In this document: positions 1-11,490 of the stretch, piece by piece | How positions within the stretch are numbered: the stretch's first letter is position 1 | How the letters are laid out: the number at the start of each line of letters is the position of its first letter | Assembly: GCA_964016885.1 (NCBI GenBank) | Contig: OZ024755.1 | Coordinates: 4,898,001-4,962,000, forward strand | Direction: 5' to 3' | DNA: 64,000 nt | DNA from: Eledone cirrhosa | Lineage: Eukaryota | The notes under the pieces: model-generated | The model's database searches: none | What the model was told of the DNA's origin: nothing | What the model saw: only the letters and a program-made list of their open reading frames with translations | Program-made: the position numbers and the translations under genes

Positions 1-429
1 CATCATCGTTATGATCATCATAGTTGTTTCAACTGTAATTCTGATATTTTTGTCACCAACCATTTTCTTCGACAGTGTTACACCACAGTATTCTGTTATA
101 TACAGAATACATATATATATAAAAGAGAATATATAACATTGAGAATATATAAAACCTTGCAAAATCCATTCAAGTTATGTAACATCATATTGAGAGAGAT
201 AAGTTATAAGAGTGTCTCTTCCTTATATCAACTACAAAAACATTTCTATGTCAAGTCTTTTAGAACAAAAGACATGAACCATTTTTGTCTTAATGGCTAC
301 AGATAAATATTTACCAAGATAAATATGAATGTTTTGTCAAGAATATTGGAAGATATTCAGAAGAAAACTTATCTGGAAACTTTGAGCATAGAATAAGTAG
401 GTGAATAAGTAAATATATACACACATTTC

Positions 430-1885
430 AATATTACAATATTACAACTTGGTTGTAACTGTAGATATATATATATACAGAACCTTATACTTATACATAA
501 TATTACAGGTTATAACTGATATATACACAACCTTATACACAATATTACAGCTTAGTTGTAACTGTTTTATGTACAATCTTTCTATGTTACAGGTTGTAAC
601 TTTCAATATCACAATATTACAGCTTGGTTGTAGCTATTATATACACAACATTATACACAATATTACAGGTTGTAACTGTAGATATATACACCCTTCAATA
701 TTACAGCTTCGTATTGACTAGTTATATACACAACCTTATACTCAGTATAACAGGTTATAACTGTAGATATATATACACAACCTTATACACAATATTACAG
801 CTTGGTTTTAGCTGTAGCTATATATACACTCCCTTCACTATTACAGCTTGGTTTTAACTAGTTATATACACAACCTTATACACAATATTACAAGTTGGTT
901 TTAGCTGTAGCTATATACACACTCCCTTCAATATTACAGCTTGGTTTTAACTAGTTATATACACAACCTTATACACAATATTACAAGTTGGTTTTAGCTG
1001 TAGCTATATACACATTCCCTTCAATATTACAGCTTGGTTTTAACTAGTTATATACACAACCTTATACACAATATTACAGCTTGGTTTTAGCTGTAGCTAT
1101 ATATACACTCCCTTCAATATTACAGCTTGGTTTTAACTAGTTATATACTCAACCTTATACACAATATTACAGCTTGGTTTTAGCTGTAGCTATATATACA
1201 CTCCCTTCAATATTACAGCTTGGTTTTAACTAGTTATATACACAACCTTATACACAATATTACAGCTTGGTTTTAACTGTAGCTATATATACACTCCCTT
1301 CACTATTACAGCTTGGTTTTAACTAGTTATATACACAACCTTATACACAATATTACAGCCTGGTTTTAGCTGTAGCTATATATACACTCCCTTCACTATT
1401 ACAGCTTGGTTTTAACTAGTTATATACACAACCTTATACACAATATTACAGCCTGGTTTTAGCTGTAGCTATATATACACTCCCTTCACTATTACAGCTT
1501 GGTTTTAACTAGTTATATACACAACCTTATACACAATATTACAGCCTGGTTTTAGCTGTAGCTATATATACACTCCCTTCAATATTACAGCTTGGTTTTA
1601 ACTAGTTATATACACAACCTTATACACAATATTACAGCTTGGTTTTAACTGTAGCTATATATACACTCCCTTCACTATTACAGCTTGGTTTTAACTAGTT
1701 ATATACACAACCTTATACACAATATTACAAGTTGATTTTAGCTGTAGCTATATACACACTCCCTTCAATATTACAGCTTGGTTTTAACTAGTTATATACA
1801 CAACCTTATACACAATATTACAAGTTGGTTTTAGCTGTAGCTATATATACACTCCCTTCAATATTACAGCTTGGTTTTAACTATA
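430..1885. repeat. 93-bp minisatellite made of two related subunits
   Basis: CTAG of ACTAGT recurs at 858, 951, 1044 (period 93). Both halves share AATATTACAGCTTGGTTTTA. Copies left of ~770 are degenerate. Confidence 0.95.
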
Positions 1886-2658
1886 TACTTCAGATATCTG
1901 GAAGTTTTAAATATTCTATTTGATATTCAGTTTAACTGTCAAAATAATACTTCCTTCCATATTCTCTAACCTCAGCCAAAGCTTCTGTTATGATATATAT
2001 TGAATTGACCCCCTGCTCCTCTCCCTATCAATGTATTAGAAGAGATAGACAGACTACCTTGGAAGCTGTTGAGTTTAAATCAAAAACAAGTCTTGCAGTA
2101 AAACCGGAGATTAATGTTCTGCAGTAATTGGTCATAATTTATGCTACATTCTCATCCCTAGGCAAATGTTTAATGGTTACTTGGTTGTAGGAAATACGAA
2201 CTACATACAGTCATCTTGGCACCAAATTGTTTAAACAGTTCTTTACTTTAGCATTATATATCTCATCATGATCCCTATTCTACCCTGTTTTCTATTTGTT
2301 TTCCAGAGTGCCATAACTTGAATAATATAGCCTTTTCTTTTTCTATATGACCCTTTTGTTACATCATCTCTCTTGTGACGGCTAATTTTTTAAAGATTTG
2401 CTATAAATGATGATTATATATAGATATGTGTATATAGACATTTAGCATACCATCACATATACCAACAGAGTCACACTTCACAAATGTATAAGCACATATA
2501 TAGGGTATCCAACCTTTTTTTTTTTATCATATTTGCTCTTCCAACTTACCCGTGCAAGGTGGAAAATGGACATTAAATGATGATGATGATATATATATAT
2601 ATAGTAATAATAATAAATTTGAAGACTAAAATCCAAAGTATAACAATATATATATATA

Positions 2659-2845
2659 TATAAATGAAATAACAGGAGGCTGGACTGTTATTTCATTTAT
2701 AATTAACTCCGTATTCGCACCACCAACTACACAAACGAAGATGGGTGAACTGCACAGCGTTGAGTACTCTTCACAATATTACACCAGGATTGACCATACG
2801 GAATGACCAGTTCTATCCAGTGGTGAACCAACAAACCTTAAGATA
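2659..2845. mobile_element. Penelope-like relic with 17-bp fold-back, between (TA)n tracts
   Basis: Arms TATAAATGAAATAACAG (2659-2675) and CTGTTATTTCATTTATA (2685-2701). Body is homologous in reverse to 10305-10500. Confidence 0.6.
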
Positions 2846-2858
2846 TATATATATATAT

Positions 2859-2965
2859 ATATTGTTATACTTTGGGAGGGTCATGCTGCCAAAGTATAAC
2901 AATATCTGTTTAAACACACGTTTTCAGATAAGAAATCTTGCAAAACAGATTAAAAAACAAAATAT
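2859..2965 (+). mobile_element. Mini fold-back copy of the Penelope-like family at 25648-26310
   Basis: ATATTGTTATACTTTGG / CCAAAGTATAACAATAT arms, followed by a tail similar to 26252-26310 (ACACACG.TTTCAGATAA..AATCTTGC). Confidence 0.7.
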
Positions 2966-3067
2966 CCCTCTCTATATATATATGTGAAGGTTGTCTGCTC
3001 CATACAAAGCTTGAACACTTCTTGCACTTTGTCTGTTCCTTCCTGGCATCTCAAATGGCTTTTGAGT

Positions 3068-4260
3068 GGTAGAAGACATTAAACCAATGTGTTGTAAGTC
3101 TGTGGTAGAAGACATTGACCAATGCGTTGTAAATCTGTGGTAGAAGGCATTGACCAATGTGTTGTAAGTCTGTGGTAGAAGACATTAGACCAATGCGTTG
3201 TAAATCTGTGGTAGAAGACATTAGACCAATGCGTTGTAAATCTGTGGTAGAAGACATTAGACCAATGTGTTGTAAATCTGTGGTAGAAGACATTAGACCA
3301 ATGTGTTGTAAATCTGTGGTAGAAGACATTAGACCAATGTGTTGTAAATCTGTGGTAGAAGACATTAGACCAATGTGTTGTAAGTCTGTGGTAGAAGACA
3401 TTGACCAATGTGTTGTAAGTCTGTGGTAGAAGACATTAGACCAATGTGTTGTAAATCTGTGGTAGAAGACATTGACCAATGTGTTGTAAGTCTGTGGTAG
3501 AAGACATAGACCAATGTGTTGTAAATCTGTGGTAGAAGGCATTGACCAATGTGTTGTAAATCTGTGGTAGAAGACATTGACCAATGTGTTGTAAATCTGT
3601 GGTAGAAGACATTGACCAATGTGTTGTAAGTCTGTGGTAGAAGACATTAGACCAATGTGTTGTAAGTCTGTGGTAGAAGACATTGACCAATGTGTTGTAA
3701 GTCTGTGGTAGAAGACATTGACCAATGTGTTGTAAGTCTGTGGTAGAAGACATTGACCAATGTGTTGTAAGTCTGTGGTAGAAGACATTGACCAATGTGT
3801 TGTAAGTCTGTGGTAGAAGACATTAGACCAATGTGTTGTAAATCTGTGGTAGAAGACATTAGACCAATGCGTTGTAAATCTGTGGTAGAAGGCATTGACC
3901 AATGTGTTGTAAGTCTGTGGTAGAAGACATAGACCAATGTGTTGTAAGTCTGTGGTAGAAGACATTGACCAATGTGTTGTAAGTCTGTGGTAGAAGACAT
4001 TGACCAATGTGTTGTAAGTCTGTGGTAGAAGACATTGACCAATGTGTTGTAAGTCTGTGATAGAAGACATTAGACCAATGTGTTGTAAATCTGTGGTAGA
4101 AGACATTAGACCAATGCGTTGTAAATCTGTGGTAGAAGGCATTGACCAATGTGTTGTAAGTCTGTGGTAGAAGACATTAGACCAATGCATTGTAAATCTG
4201 TGGTAGAAGGCATTGACCAATGTGTTGTAAGTCTGTGGTAGAAGCCATTAGACCAATGTG
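3068..4260. repeat. 35/36-bp minisatellite (~33 copies)
   Basis: Unit TGTGGTAGAAGACATT(A)GACCAATGTGTTGTAA(G/A)TC. It explains the repetitive ORFs at 3051-4220. Confidence 0.97.
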
Positions 4261-5043
4261 TCTTGTGGGAAAAACCATGTAGCTACAAAGTGAGTGTCTT
4301 AACCACATGACCATTCCTCATGTAATTTTTCAGATAAACCTTAATTCACTTTTATGGAGTTGTATATGATATGATTTTTCTCTTTTTCTCCTCCCTCTCT
4401 CCTCTCTCCCTCACTCCTCTCCCCCTCTTTCTCACCTTCTCTCAGTCTCTCCCCTGTGTAACATATTATTGTTCTATAAACTCATTTCTATAGATGTACA
4501 ACTATAGAAAACAACTATTTTATTCTATACACATCTATTTTCTCTCCCTTTCTCTCTCCTTTCTTTAACATCTATTTCCTCTTCCTTTCTCTCTCCTTTC
4601 TTTAATATCTATTTCCACTTCATTCACTTTCCTTTCTCTCCTTTCTTTAACAAATCTTCATTTTCCTCTTCTATTTCTTTATCCTTCTTTACAACATATA
4701 ATCACCAGATTTCTGATAATTTTTAATTTCTAAAAGAATCATTTTCTGAAATGGTCTCATTAAAAAATTTCTTTTTTTTTTATATCAAATATTTTCTGAT
4801 AATTTCATATTTCATTAAATTATAAACTTCATATTTTTTTTTAATTTAAAATTTTGCTAGTTCTAATTTTAGTTTAATATATACTTTTGATAGTTGTAAA
4901 AGTCTTGCATTTGAAAATCAAATTCTATTTCTTTTAAAAATATTAATTTGTTCTAGATTGGTTGTTGAAGCATTTTGCTTTTATTGGATATTATTTCTAT
5001 GTCACATCTTAAATGGGATTTGATGGATGTGTGGATGTTAGCT

Positions 5044-5287
5044 TGGGTATAAGAGGAATCAGATGTAGTGTGTAAGAGAGAAGACTGTTCTGGTATGGAC
5101 ATGTGATGTGCTGGGTATAAGAGGAATCAGATGTAGTGTGCAAGAGAGAAGACTGTTCTGGTATGGACATGTGATGTGCTGGGTATAAGAGGAATCAGAT
5201 GTAGTGTGCAAGAGAGAAGACTGTTCTGGTATGGACATGTGATGTGCTGGGTATAAGAGGAATCAGATGTAGTGTGCAAGAGAGAAA
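5044..5287 (+). repeat. 68-bp tandem repeat (~3.6 copies) of an RTE LINE coding fragment
   Basis: GGGTAT at 5045, 5113, 5181, 5249. The unit translates GIRGIRCSVQERRLFWYGHVMC, resembling the RTE RRLRWxGHVxR motif. Confidence 0.85.
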
Positions 5288-6134
5288 AATGTGCTGATAT
5301 TGACATGGGATACATATGGTATAACTGATCATCTAAAAAACATAGCATAATGAGGCTGTTTGCTTGCAAACAAATCAAACATTATTATTATTTGATACTT
5401 ACGGGGTCGATAAAATAAAGTACCAGTAATGTACTGGGTAATTGCTGGCCTTGTTGTGCCAAAAGTAGAAACAATTATTATTATTCGATATAAAACTCAC
5501 AAATAAATTTACATATCCACTATGTTAGAGCAAAACACCAAATTCTAACACTATTTAAATTAATGAAAATGTTGATGAATTTTTTTATTGAAAATATACA
5601 TTTTGTCTATGTGCCCAGACTTTATGGACACCAAGTATAATTAGTTTTTTAATCTAATATTTGTTGCCATTTACACATGAAATTATAAACCATTTATTTT
5701 TTTCAAACTTAATAAATCATTTACATATAATAGCAACATACATATTAATTAATCATTTAGATATAATAACAACATACATATTAATAAATCATTTAGATAT
5801 AATAACAACATACATATTCATATATTCATGAAGAGAATTTTAGAAGTAATTTTCGCCATATTAGATATTTTTCTTCCATTTCTATGGAAACATTAAAAAT
5901 CAGTATGTAGTTGTTGGCATTCATTTATTTCTAATTAGCCTTGTGCATGTTATAAGAAATTATTTATTTATTTATTTGGATTAGCTAAAGTTTACATCTA
6001 TCATTATTGTTATTATGTAGTTGTTATTAGCTATGGCGATATTATAGTAATTTATTTCAAACAGATTTCTATTTAAAATCAAATTGATCTGTATAGTTTA
6101 CTTTCCAGAGTATGTATCATCATCATCATCATTC

Positions 6135-6265
6135 CCACCTGTTGAGTTTCACTTCGATTTATTATAATTTCCTGTTGGTTAGTTTAATAACAGGATAGTT
6201 GTTTGGTTGTTGATTGTCAAAGCTCTTTCGTCACACATTCTTGTGACCTCTTCAATGACTACTTT
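6135..6265 (-). mobile_element. Diverged copy of the hammerhead-bearing Penelope-like family
   Basis: Similar to 25695-25850. Minus strand reads AGTCA TTGAAGA G GTCACA agaatg TGTGAC GAAA GAGC TT TGAC. Confidence 0.7.
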
Positions 6266-6798
6266 TGTTACTCTGTGTCTCCTCGTTGTTCTGTTTTACA
6301 CCATCTTGTCTTTATATAATCAATTTCTATCTAAGTCAGGTATAGTCAATTTCTATTTAAGATAGGTATAGTGAAATGTTTAGTAGTGAACAACAACCCT
6401 TCCTACATGGGCACATATGCACTAATAAACAAATTAGTCACTTTTATTTTTCTTAATCCCTAATCCCAGCTTGTTATCCCGAACTGTTACCATTCAGACT
6501 TTACTACTGAAAACTTTCTAAGGATGATTTAGCAAATACCAGATTAGTTTTACCAGAAAGTAGATATAAAAAAGAATAGATATTTGCCATAGGTGGTCCA
6601 TGTATTTTAATCCTGTGAAATATTTGTGGGTGTTAATAGCCTGCAATAAAATAGGGTTTTATTTGACTATGATTCAAATTGTGGAAGAAATAAAAATATA
6701 TTATTCACTATTTGTGTATTTTAAGCAGATATTGTAAAGATGGACATTTCTTTAGGTTATACTGGGAGTTTTATTGCTGTCTCAGATTGTTGTTGGCC

Positions 6799-6925
6799 TC
6801 ATCATCATCATCATCATTTTACGTCCACTTTTCCCTGCTTGCAAGGGTGGGACAGGTTCTATTCAGCACAGCATCTCTCCACTTGTCACGGTCCTTTGTC
6901 AACTCCTCCGTGAGCTTCAGCAATC
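6799..6925 (-). mobile_element. RTE LINE 3' end with (GAT)n tail
   Basis: Reverse-orientation homologue of 56175-56315. Confidence 0.75.
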
Positions 6926-7064
6926 TGAGGTCTAGATATCTAGATCAGTTTCCAGGGCCCACCGTTAAGAGGTCAACAACTTCAACCCCACATAAGACTG
7001 TTGCTATCTCGGGTTGTTGTCGTTAATCTGACCAAGATCAGTTTCCAGAAGCCACACTGTAAAG

Positions 7065-7262
7065 TGGTTGTGTAGGTGTCATGACAAAAAGCACTGTAAA
7101 TGTGGTTGGTGTTAGGAAGGACGTCCAGCTATAGAAACCAAGCCAGAATCGGTTCTGTATGAGTAAGACATGGTTCCTGACCTGGATCTCTCACAATGGG
7201 ACAGCACATCCTGCCCATACTAGTGTGGAAAATGGATGTTAACCGATGGTGATGATGATGAT
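7065..7262 (+). mobile_element. SINE fragment (Ceph-SINE-like core) with RTE-type (GAT)n tail
   Basis: GGTTGGTGTTAGGAAGGACGTCCAGCTATAGAAAC...GTGGAAAATGGATGTTAA-(GAT)n. Related copies near 7910-8170, 13748-13925, 31200-31290, 56355-56580 and 61020-61400. Confidence 0.65.
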
Positions 7263-7336
7263 ATATACACAGTAAAATAGCAGTAATACCTTTTTAATCA
7301 TCAGATATGCACTAATATCAGTAACATCTTTCTAAT

Positions 7337-7367
<31 letters not shown>

Positions 7368-7642
7368 GTATACATCAGTAGTATATGAGTAACACTGTTT
7401 TGATGTAATATTTCTCAGTATTCTGACTTTCAATCAATGTAAAGATTGAAACAATAGCTGCAGTATAATTCATGAGTCTGGATTAAATACAGTATGGCTA
7501 ATTGAATTATTTATGAGACCTTGAGATGATCTTTGGATAATCTGAAACCTGGATAATTGATATTTGAATGACTGAGGATTGTCTGTATTCTTCCTTTCTG
7601 GTGGATTATGACAAACTATAGAGAGAGCTTAACTAGATGCAC

Positions 7643-7881
7643 TTAACCTTTTTGTTGCCAACCCAACCTAAACCGGCTCTGGTTCTATGAAATAAAGTCA
7701 CCCATTTTAAAGGGTTCCAATTTAAATTAAAATCTTCCAACATCATTTTATATAAGAACCTTACATTAAGTTACTATCTTACTAATGAAATAAATATAAT
7801 TTTATTAAATCCCTCAAAGTTCTTCATTAATTAATTGAAATGAAGTGTATCTCATTAGAAATAGTGTCAGGAAAGGGTTAA
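7643..7881. mobile_element. piggyBac-type MITE, family A
   Basis: TTAA at both ends with CCTTT/AAAGGG termini. Related copies near 21172-21392, 39340-39685, 45570-45617 and 47060-47250. Confidence 0.75.
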
Positions 7882-9244
7882 GTTACTATCTTAGTAATGA
7901 AATAATTGAAGTGGCTGATGCCTTTCCTATTATCAATCACTTTACAGAGTGTACTGGGTGCATGTATTGTGTAATCCTTTAACACTAGGGAAGTTGTCAT
8001 GTCTTTGGCACAACTGAAGGGTCCTTCCAACCCTTTGGCAAACTTTCTATAACTGGATGCCCTTCCTATTACCAACCACTTTACAGCATGCACTGGGTGC
8101 TTTTATTGTGTAGGTCACCAACACTTGAGAGAGGTTGCTGTACGGTAGCACAACTGAGAGGTCCTCTCAACCCCTTCCTCCTTTTTCTTTAAAGGAAAAT
8201 AAGATAAACTGAGGATGATATAAATTCAGACTGGTGAGTCACTTAACTAATACTGTGCCTTATCTGACTTTCTTGTCAAATCAGCTCAAATGTTCCTTTT
8301 AGACAAGCTACAATACTTATCTATCATATTTCATTTCATTTTACATCCGCTTTTTCCCTGCTTGCATATATATCTACTAGTATTTGTTTTATCAACAGTA
8401 GCGTAATATAAGATTAAATATCAAGACCAATAAGCCAAACACCATGTCCAACTGTCAACTGTTTTTACCAACTCTCTCTCTTCTCCCACATTTCAAAATA
8501 TTTCTTTAAATACATTTTTACTTTGATAATTGTTTTAATATGTAATATATTTTATTGTATATGTGTATATATATGCACACATATATATTATTTATTTATA
8601 TATTATTTACAAGAGGCATCAAATTTGTTACCTTTCTTCAGGCACTTACATGAGTTAAGATACTGTTAAAAGTAAAGTGTGCTAAAAACGTATTATAACA
8701 AAGGGAAATAATTCCAAGATGTAAATTTGAAATTGCTCACGTGTTAGTGTTTGTATGCTATAGCAGAAGTATTGTATTATGTGGTGGAATGTTATATAGA
8801 TATGGTAATATGGAGTAAAGTAGTATAGAAAGTGTATTGTATTATGTATGTGTGGAAAGAGAAAGAAAGGAAAAGATATAATGGAAGTATATAAACCAAA
8901 TTAAGGTGGTTGAAAATCAGTCAAATTTGTTGAGTATTGTCACTTATCAAGCAGTTGGTTTTGAGATGGAGGTATTCTCTAAAGATTTTGCTCTTTGAAT
9001 TCAAATAAATATTATTCAGAGATGACAAACTTTGTAATATTTAAAATTTCTCAGAGATGATATCTTCTGGTACCAATGGTGTAAGGACTTGATCTTTCAA
9101 GCATCTTTCAAGTAATCATATGTGTTACAATCTTATATATATATATATATATATGTATATAGTACATAAGTTTTATTTTAATATATTTTATTGTATATAA
9201 AATACCCAATTTATTAATTGTGTTTTTTTTTCTTTATTTTCTAG

Positions 9245-9287
9245 GTAAGTGTCATTTCTAAATTCATACAATATCAGTGTTTAAAAG
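9245..9287 (+). other. Candidate 43-nt exon / recursive splice site (AG|GTAAGT) with RS-exon
   Basis: Long polypyrimidine tract ...TTTTCTAG followed directly by GTAAGT, then AAG|GTAAGT 43 nt later. Open frame VSVISKFIQYQCLK+G ends in phase 1. Confidence 0.55.
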
Positions 9288-10112
9288 GTAAGTGATTAGC
9301 AGGTAATATTTTTTTTTTAAATGAGGAATGAAAAAAATTTCTTTTGAGAACACACACGTGCGTATTTAGTCAGCCATTTTGGAGAAAAAGAAAGTGTGTG
9401 TGTGTGTGTGTGCTTATGTTTCATAAGTTAGCAGGGTGAGAAAAAGAGGTTGATAAATAAGGACCAGACATGAAAACAAAAGTGCTGGGTTTGATAGGAT
9501 GTGACTATAAATCGTTCTAAAGCAGTAAATACCCCAGCATGGCTGCAGTCTAATGACTAAAACCAGTCATAATTGAGTAGGAGACACATTCACAATATGT
9601 AACACACACAATAGCAAATATACACACATACAGTTAAAGAAATCTAAAAACAGACACACACACAGTAAAAAACATACACACACGCTGTCAAATAACTATG
9701 AAAACAGAGGCACACATTCATACAAACACACACACATATACACATTCATACACAGACACATCCATACATAGACACAGACACAACATAGACAAGACAGATG
9801 CATATACTGCTAATGTTTTGTTCACATGGTATTTAGCAATGGCAAGGAGGAGATAGTTTACTAATCTTATTTCTTGTATAAATAAGTTTTATATTTTTTC
9901 TTTAAATATATATGTTGAGTTCATTATTTCTTTTTATGTTATATAAACATATTAAGATTCATAGCTTTTGTTTTCTTTTGTACTGAGCTTTAGTATTTCT
10001 TCTTCTGTCTTAGATATGATATAGAATTGACATTCCTTTCACATCTTACTTTTACACTTTTAGCTCACTAAAATTCAATTTAACCATATAGGTTTTATAT
10101 ATATATATATAT

Positions 10113-10278
10113 ATAGGAACCAGTAAGACCCCGACAGCTGAGCTCAAGCCGTTTCGACGGCTAATTCTGGACTCAGCTGTCGGGGTCTTACTGGTTCCTA
10201 TTACCCACTCTACTACCTCAAGTATTGAGTACTTTGGTGCGTTATGGTCCACCTGGTTCCTTACCACATTTCCTTCGT

Positions 10279-10280
<2 letters not shown>
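10113..10280. mobile_element. Penelope-like relic with 30-bp inverted arms, in (TA)n
   Basis: Perfect arms 10113-10142 and 10172-10201. Inner hairpin AGCCGT-TTCG-ACGGCT. Homologous to 60510-60690. Confidence 0.65.
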
Positions 10281-10304
<24 letters not shown>

Positions 10305-10309
<5 letters not shown>

Positions 10310-10515
10310 GTTTAGTGGTTCACCACTGGATAGAACTGGTCATTCCGTTTAGTTAATCATGATGTAAGAGTATGAAAAGCACTCTACGTTATGCAACTCA
10401 TCCATCATTGATGTTAAATCCTGTGTTTGATGCAGGAACGGAGTTAAATATTGGTTTGATTAAAATAACAGGAGGCCGGACTGGTGATGTTCCTTTAAAG
10501 TTTTATTGTTGCAAA
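10305..10515. mobile_element. Uninverted copy of the 2659-2845 family, between (TA)n tracts
   Basis: GGTTCACCACTGGATAGAACTGGTCATTCCGT is the reverse complement of ~2798-2830. Confidence 0.65.
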
Positions 10516-10517
10516 AA

Positions 10518-10555
<38 letters not shown>

Positions 10556-10639
10556 CTATGGCCTGGTTATGTAAGATACTGGTGACATCATCAGGTGTGG
10601 ATTGCATATGGCATACACAAACAGAGAAAGTATAGGAAA

Positions 10640-10860
10640 AATATACCCAACTCCCCCTCGATAGCAGTGAGTAGAGATGTGGTCTGGGGGCAAAAATGTT
10701 GGAAGTCTCCACTGCTACAAGCTCTACCACAAACCTATCACATAATCAGGGATCTGGTCCAGGGGCCAAGAATGCTACAGGTTCTACCACAAACCCATCA
10801 CATGATCAGGGATGTGGTCCAGGAGCCAAGAACGCCAAAAGTCGTCTCCACATGCCATAG
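10640..10860 (-). mobile_element. CRE-like (REL endonuclease) retrotransposon fragment with internal tandem duplication
   Basis: Minus strand gives VELVAVETSNIFAP, resembling the FxPxAVETxGxxG motif. Homologous to 63560-63790. Confidence 0.6.
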
Positions 10861-11269
10861 GCTCAACTGTCTGTAAAATTTGCTGAATATTAAGAACTTT
10901 ATTCCTTTGTACAATGTATTCTTCTTTAGGTTTACTTAAAAAGATAAGAAAGATTGAAATATGTAAATACATCCTGTACAATGACATATGTTGGTTATGT
11001 AACATATTCACCAATAAGTCGAGAGTGGCTTGTGTAAGCAAAAAATGCATTTCCCATGAAGGAAAGTAAAATAAAATGATTGCTTTAACAACTGGTACAA
11101 TGAAGAGACCCCTGCTGGATTTGATGAACAAGAAATAGCAATTGTATCTCAAGCCCAATTAATTCCCATGAAAAATATATTTATTCCCTTCAGTTTTAGG
11201 GTTAGGGTTGACACTTTATTTAAATATATTTATTCCCTTTAATTTGTTGACATGACACTCATGGTGTTG

Positions 11270-11490
11270 GGGTTGTGCCTCGTAGACAAGACCACAGGAG
11301 CATTTCTGTGGACAATAGCCAGCGACACCTGCTGAAACAGCCACCCAACCTCGCGAGGCTCCTTCCTCAGACAGGCTGCTGACATTCCAATCTTGTGGAG
11401 GAGCTTGGCTGTATGGGGGTCTGAGGATGCTTGAGGTCTTGATGCCGACCGCTGTGAAGAGGAAGCGGCTGGACAATCCCCAGTATTTAT
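11270..11490 (-). mobile_element. CRE-like non-LTR retrotransposon 3' coding relic (REL endonuclease C-terminus)
   Basis: Frameshifted KYWGLSSRFLFTAVGIKTSSIL...AKLLHKIG...PREVGWLFQQVSLAIVHRNAPVVL, resembling RExxFLxQRLSxAIQRGNAxxVL. Confidence 0.75.

Noticed and set aside
3051-4220. 389-aa ORF and overlapping ORFs
   Set aside because: They are translations of the 35/36-bp minisatellite cycling through frames, with no splice or domain support.
3068-4260. CRISPR-like appearance (35-36 bp repeats)
   Set aside because: Units are head-to-tail with no unique spacers, and the context is eukaryotic with no cas genes.
11195-11209. TTAGGG telomere-like units (also ~18817 and ~57245)
   Set aside because: Only 2-3 imperfect units, too short to call an interstitial telomere.
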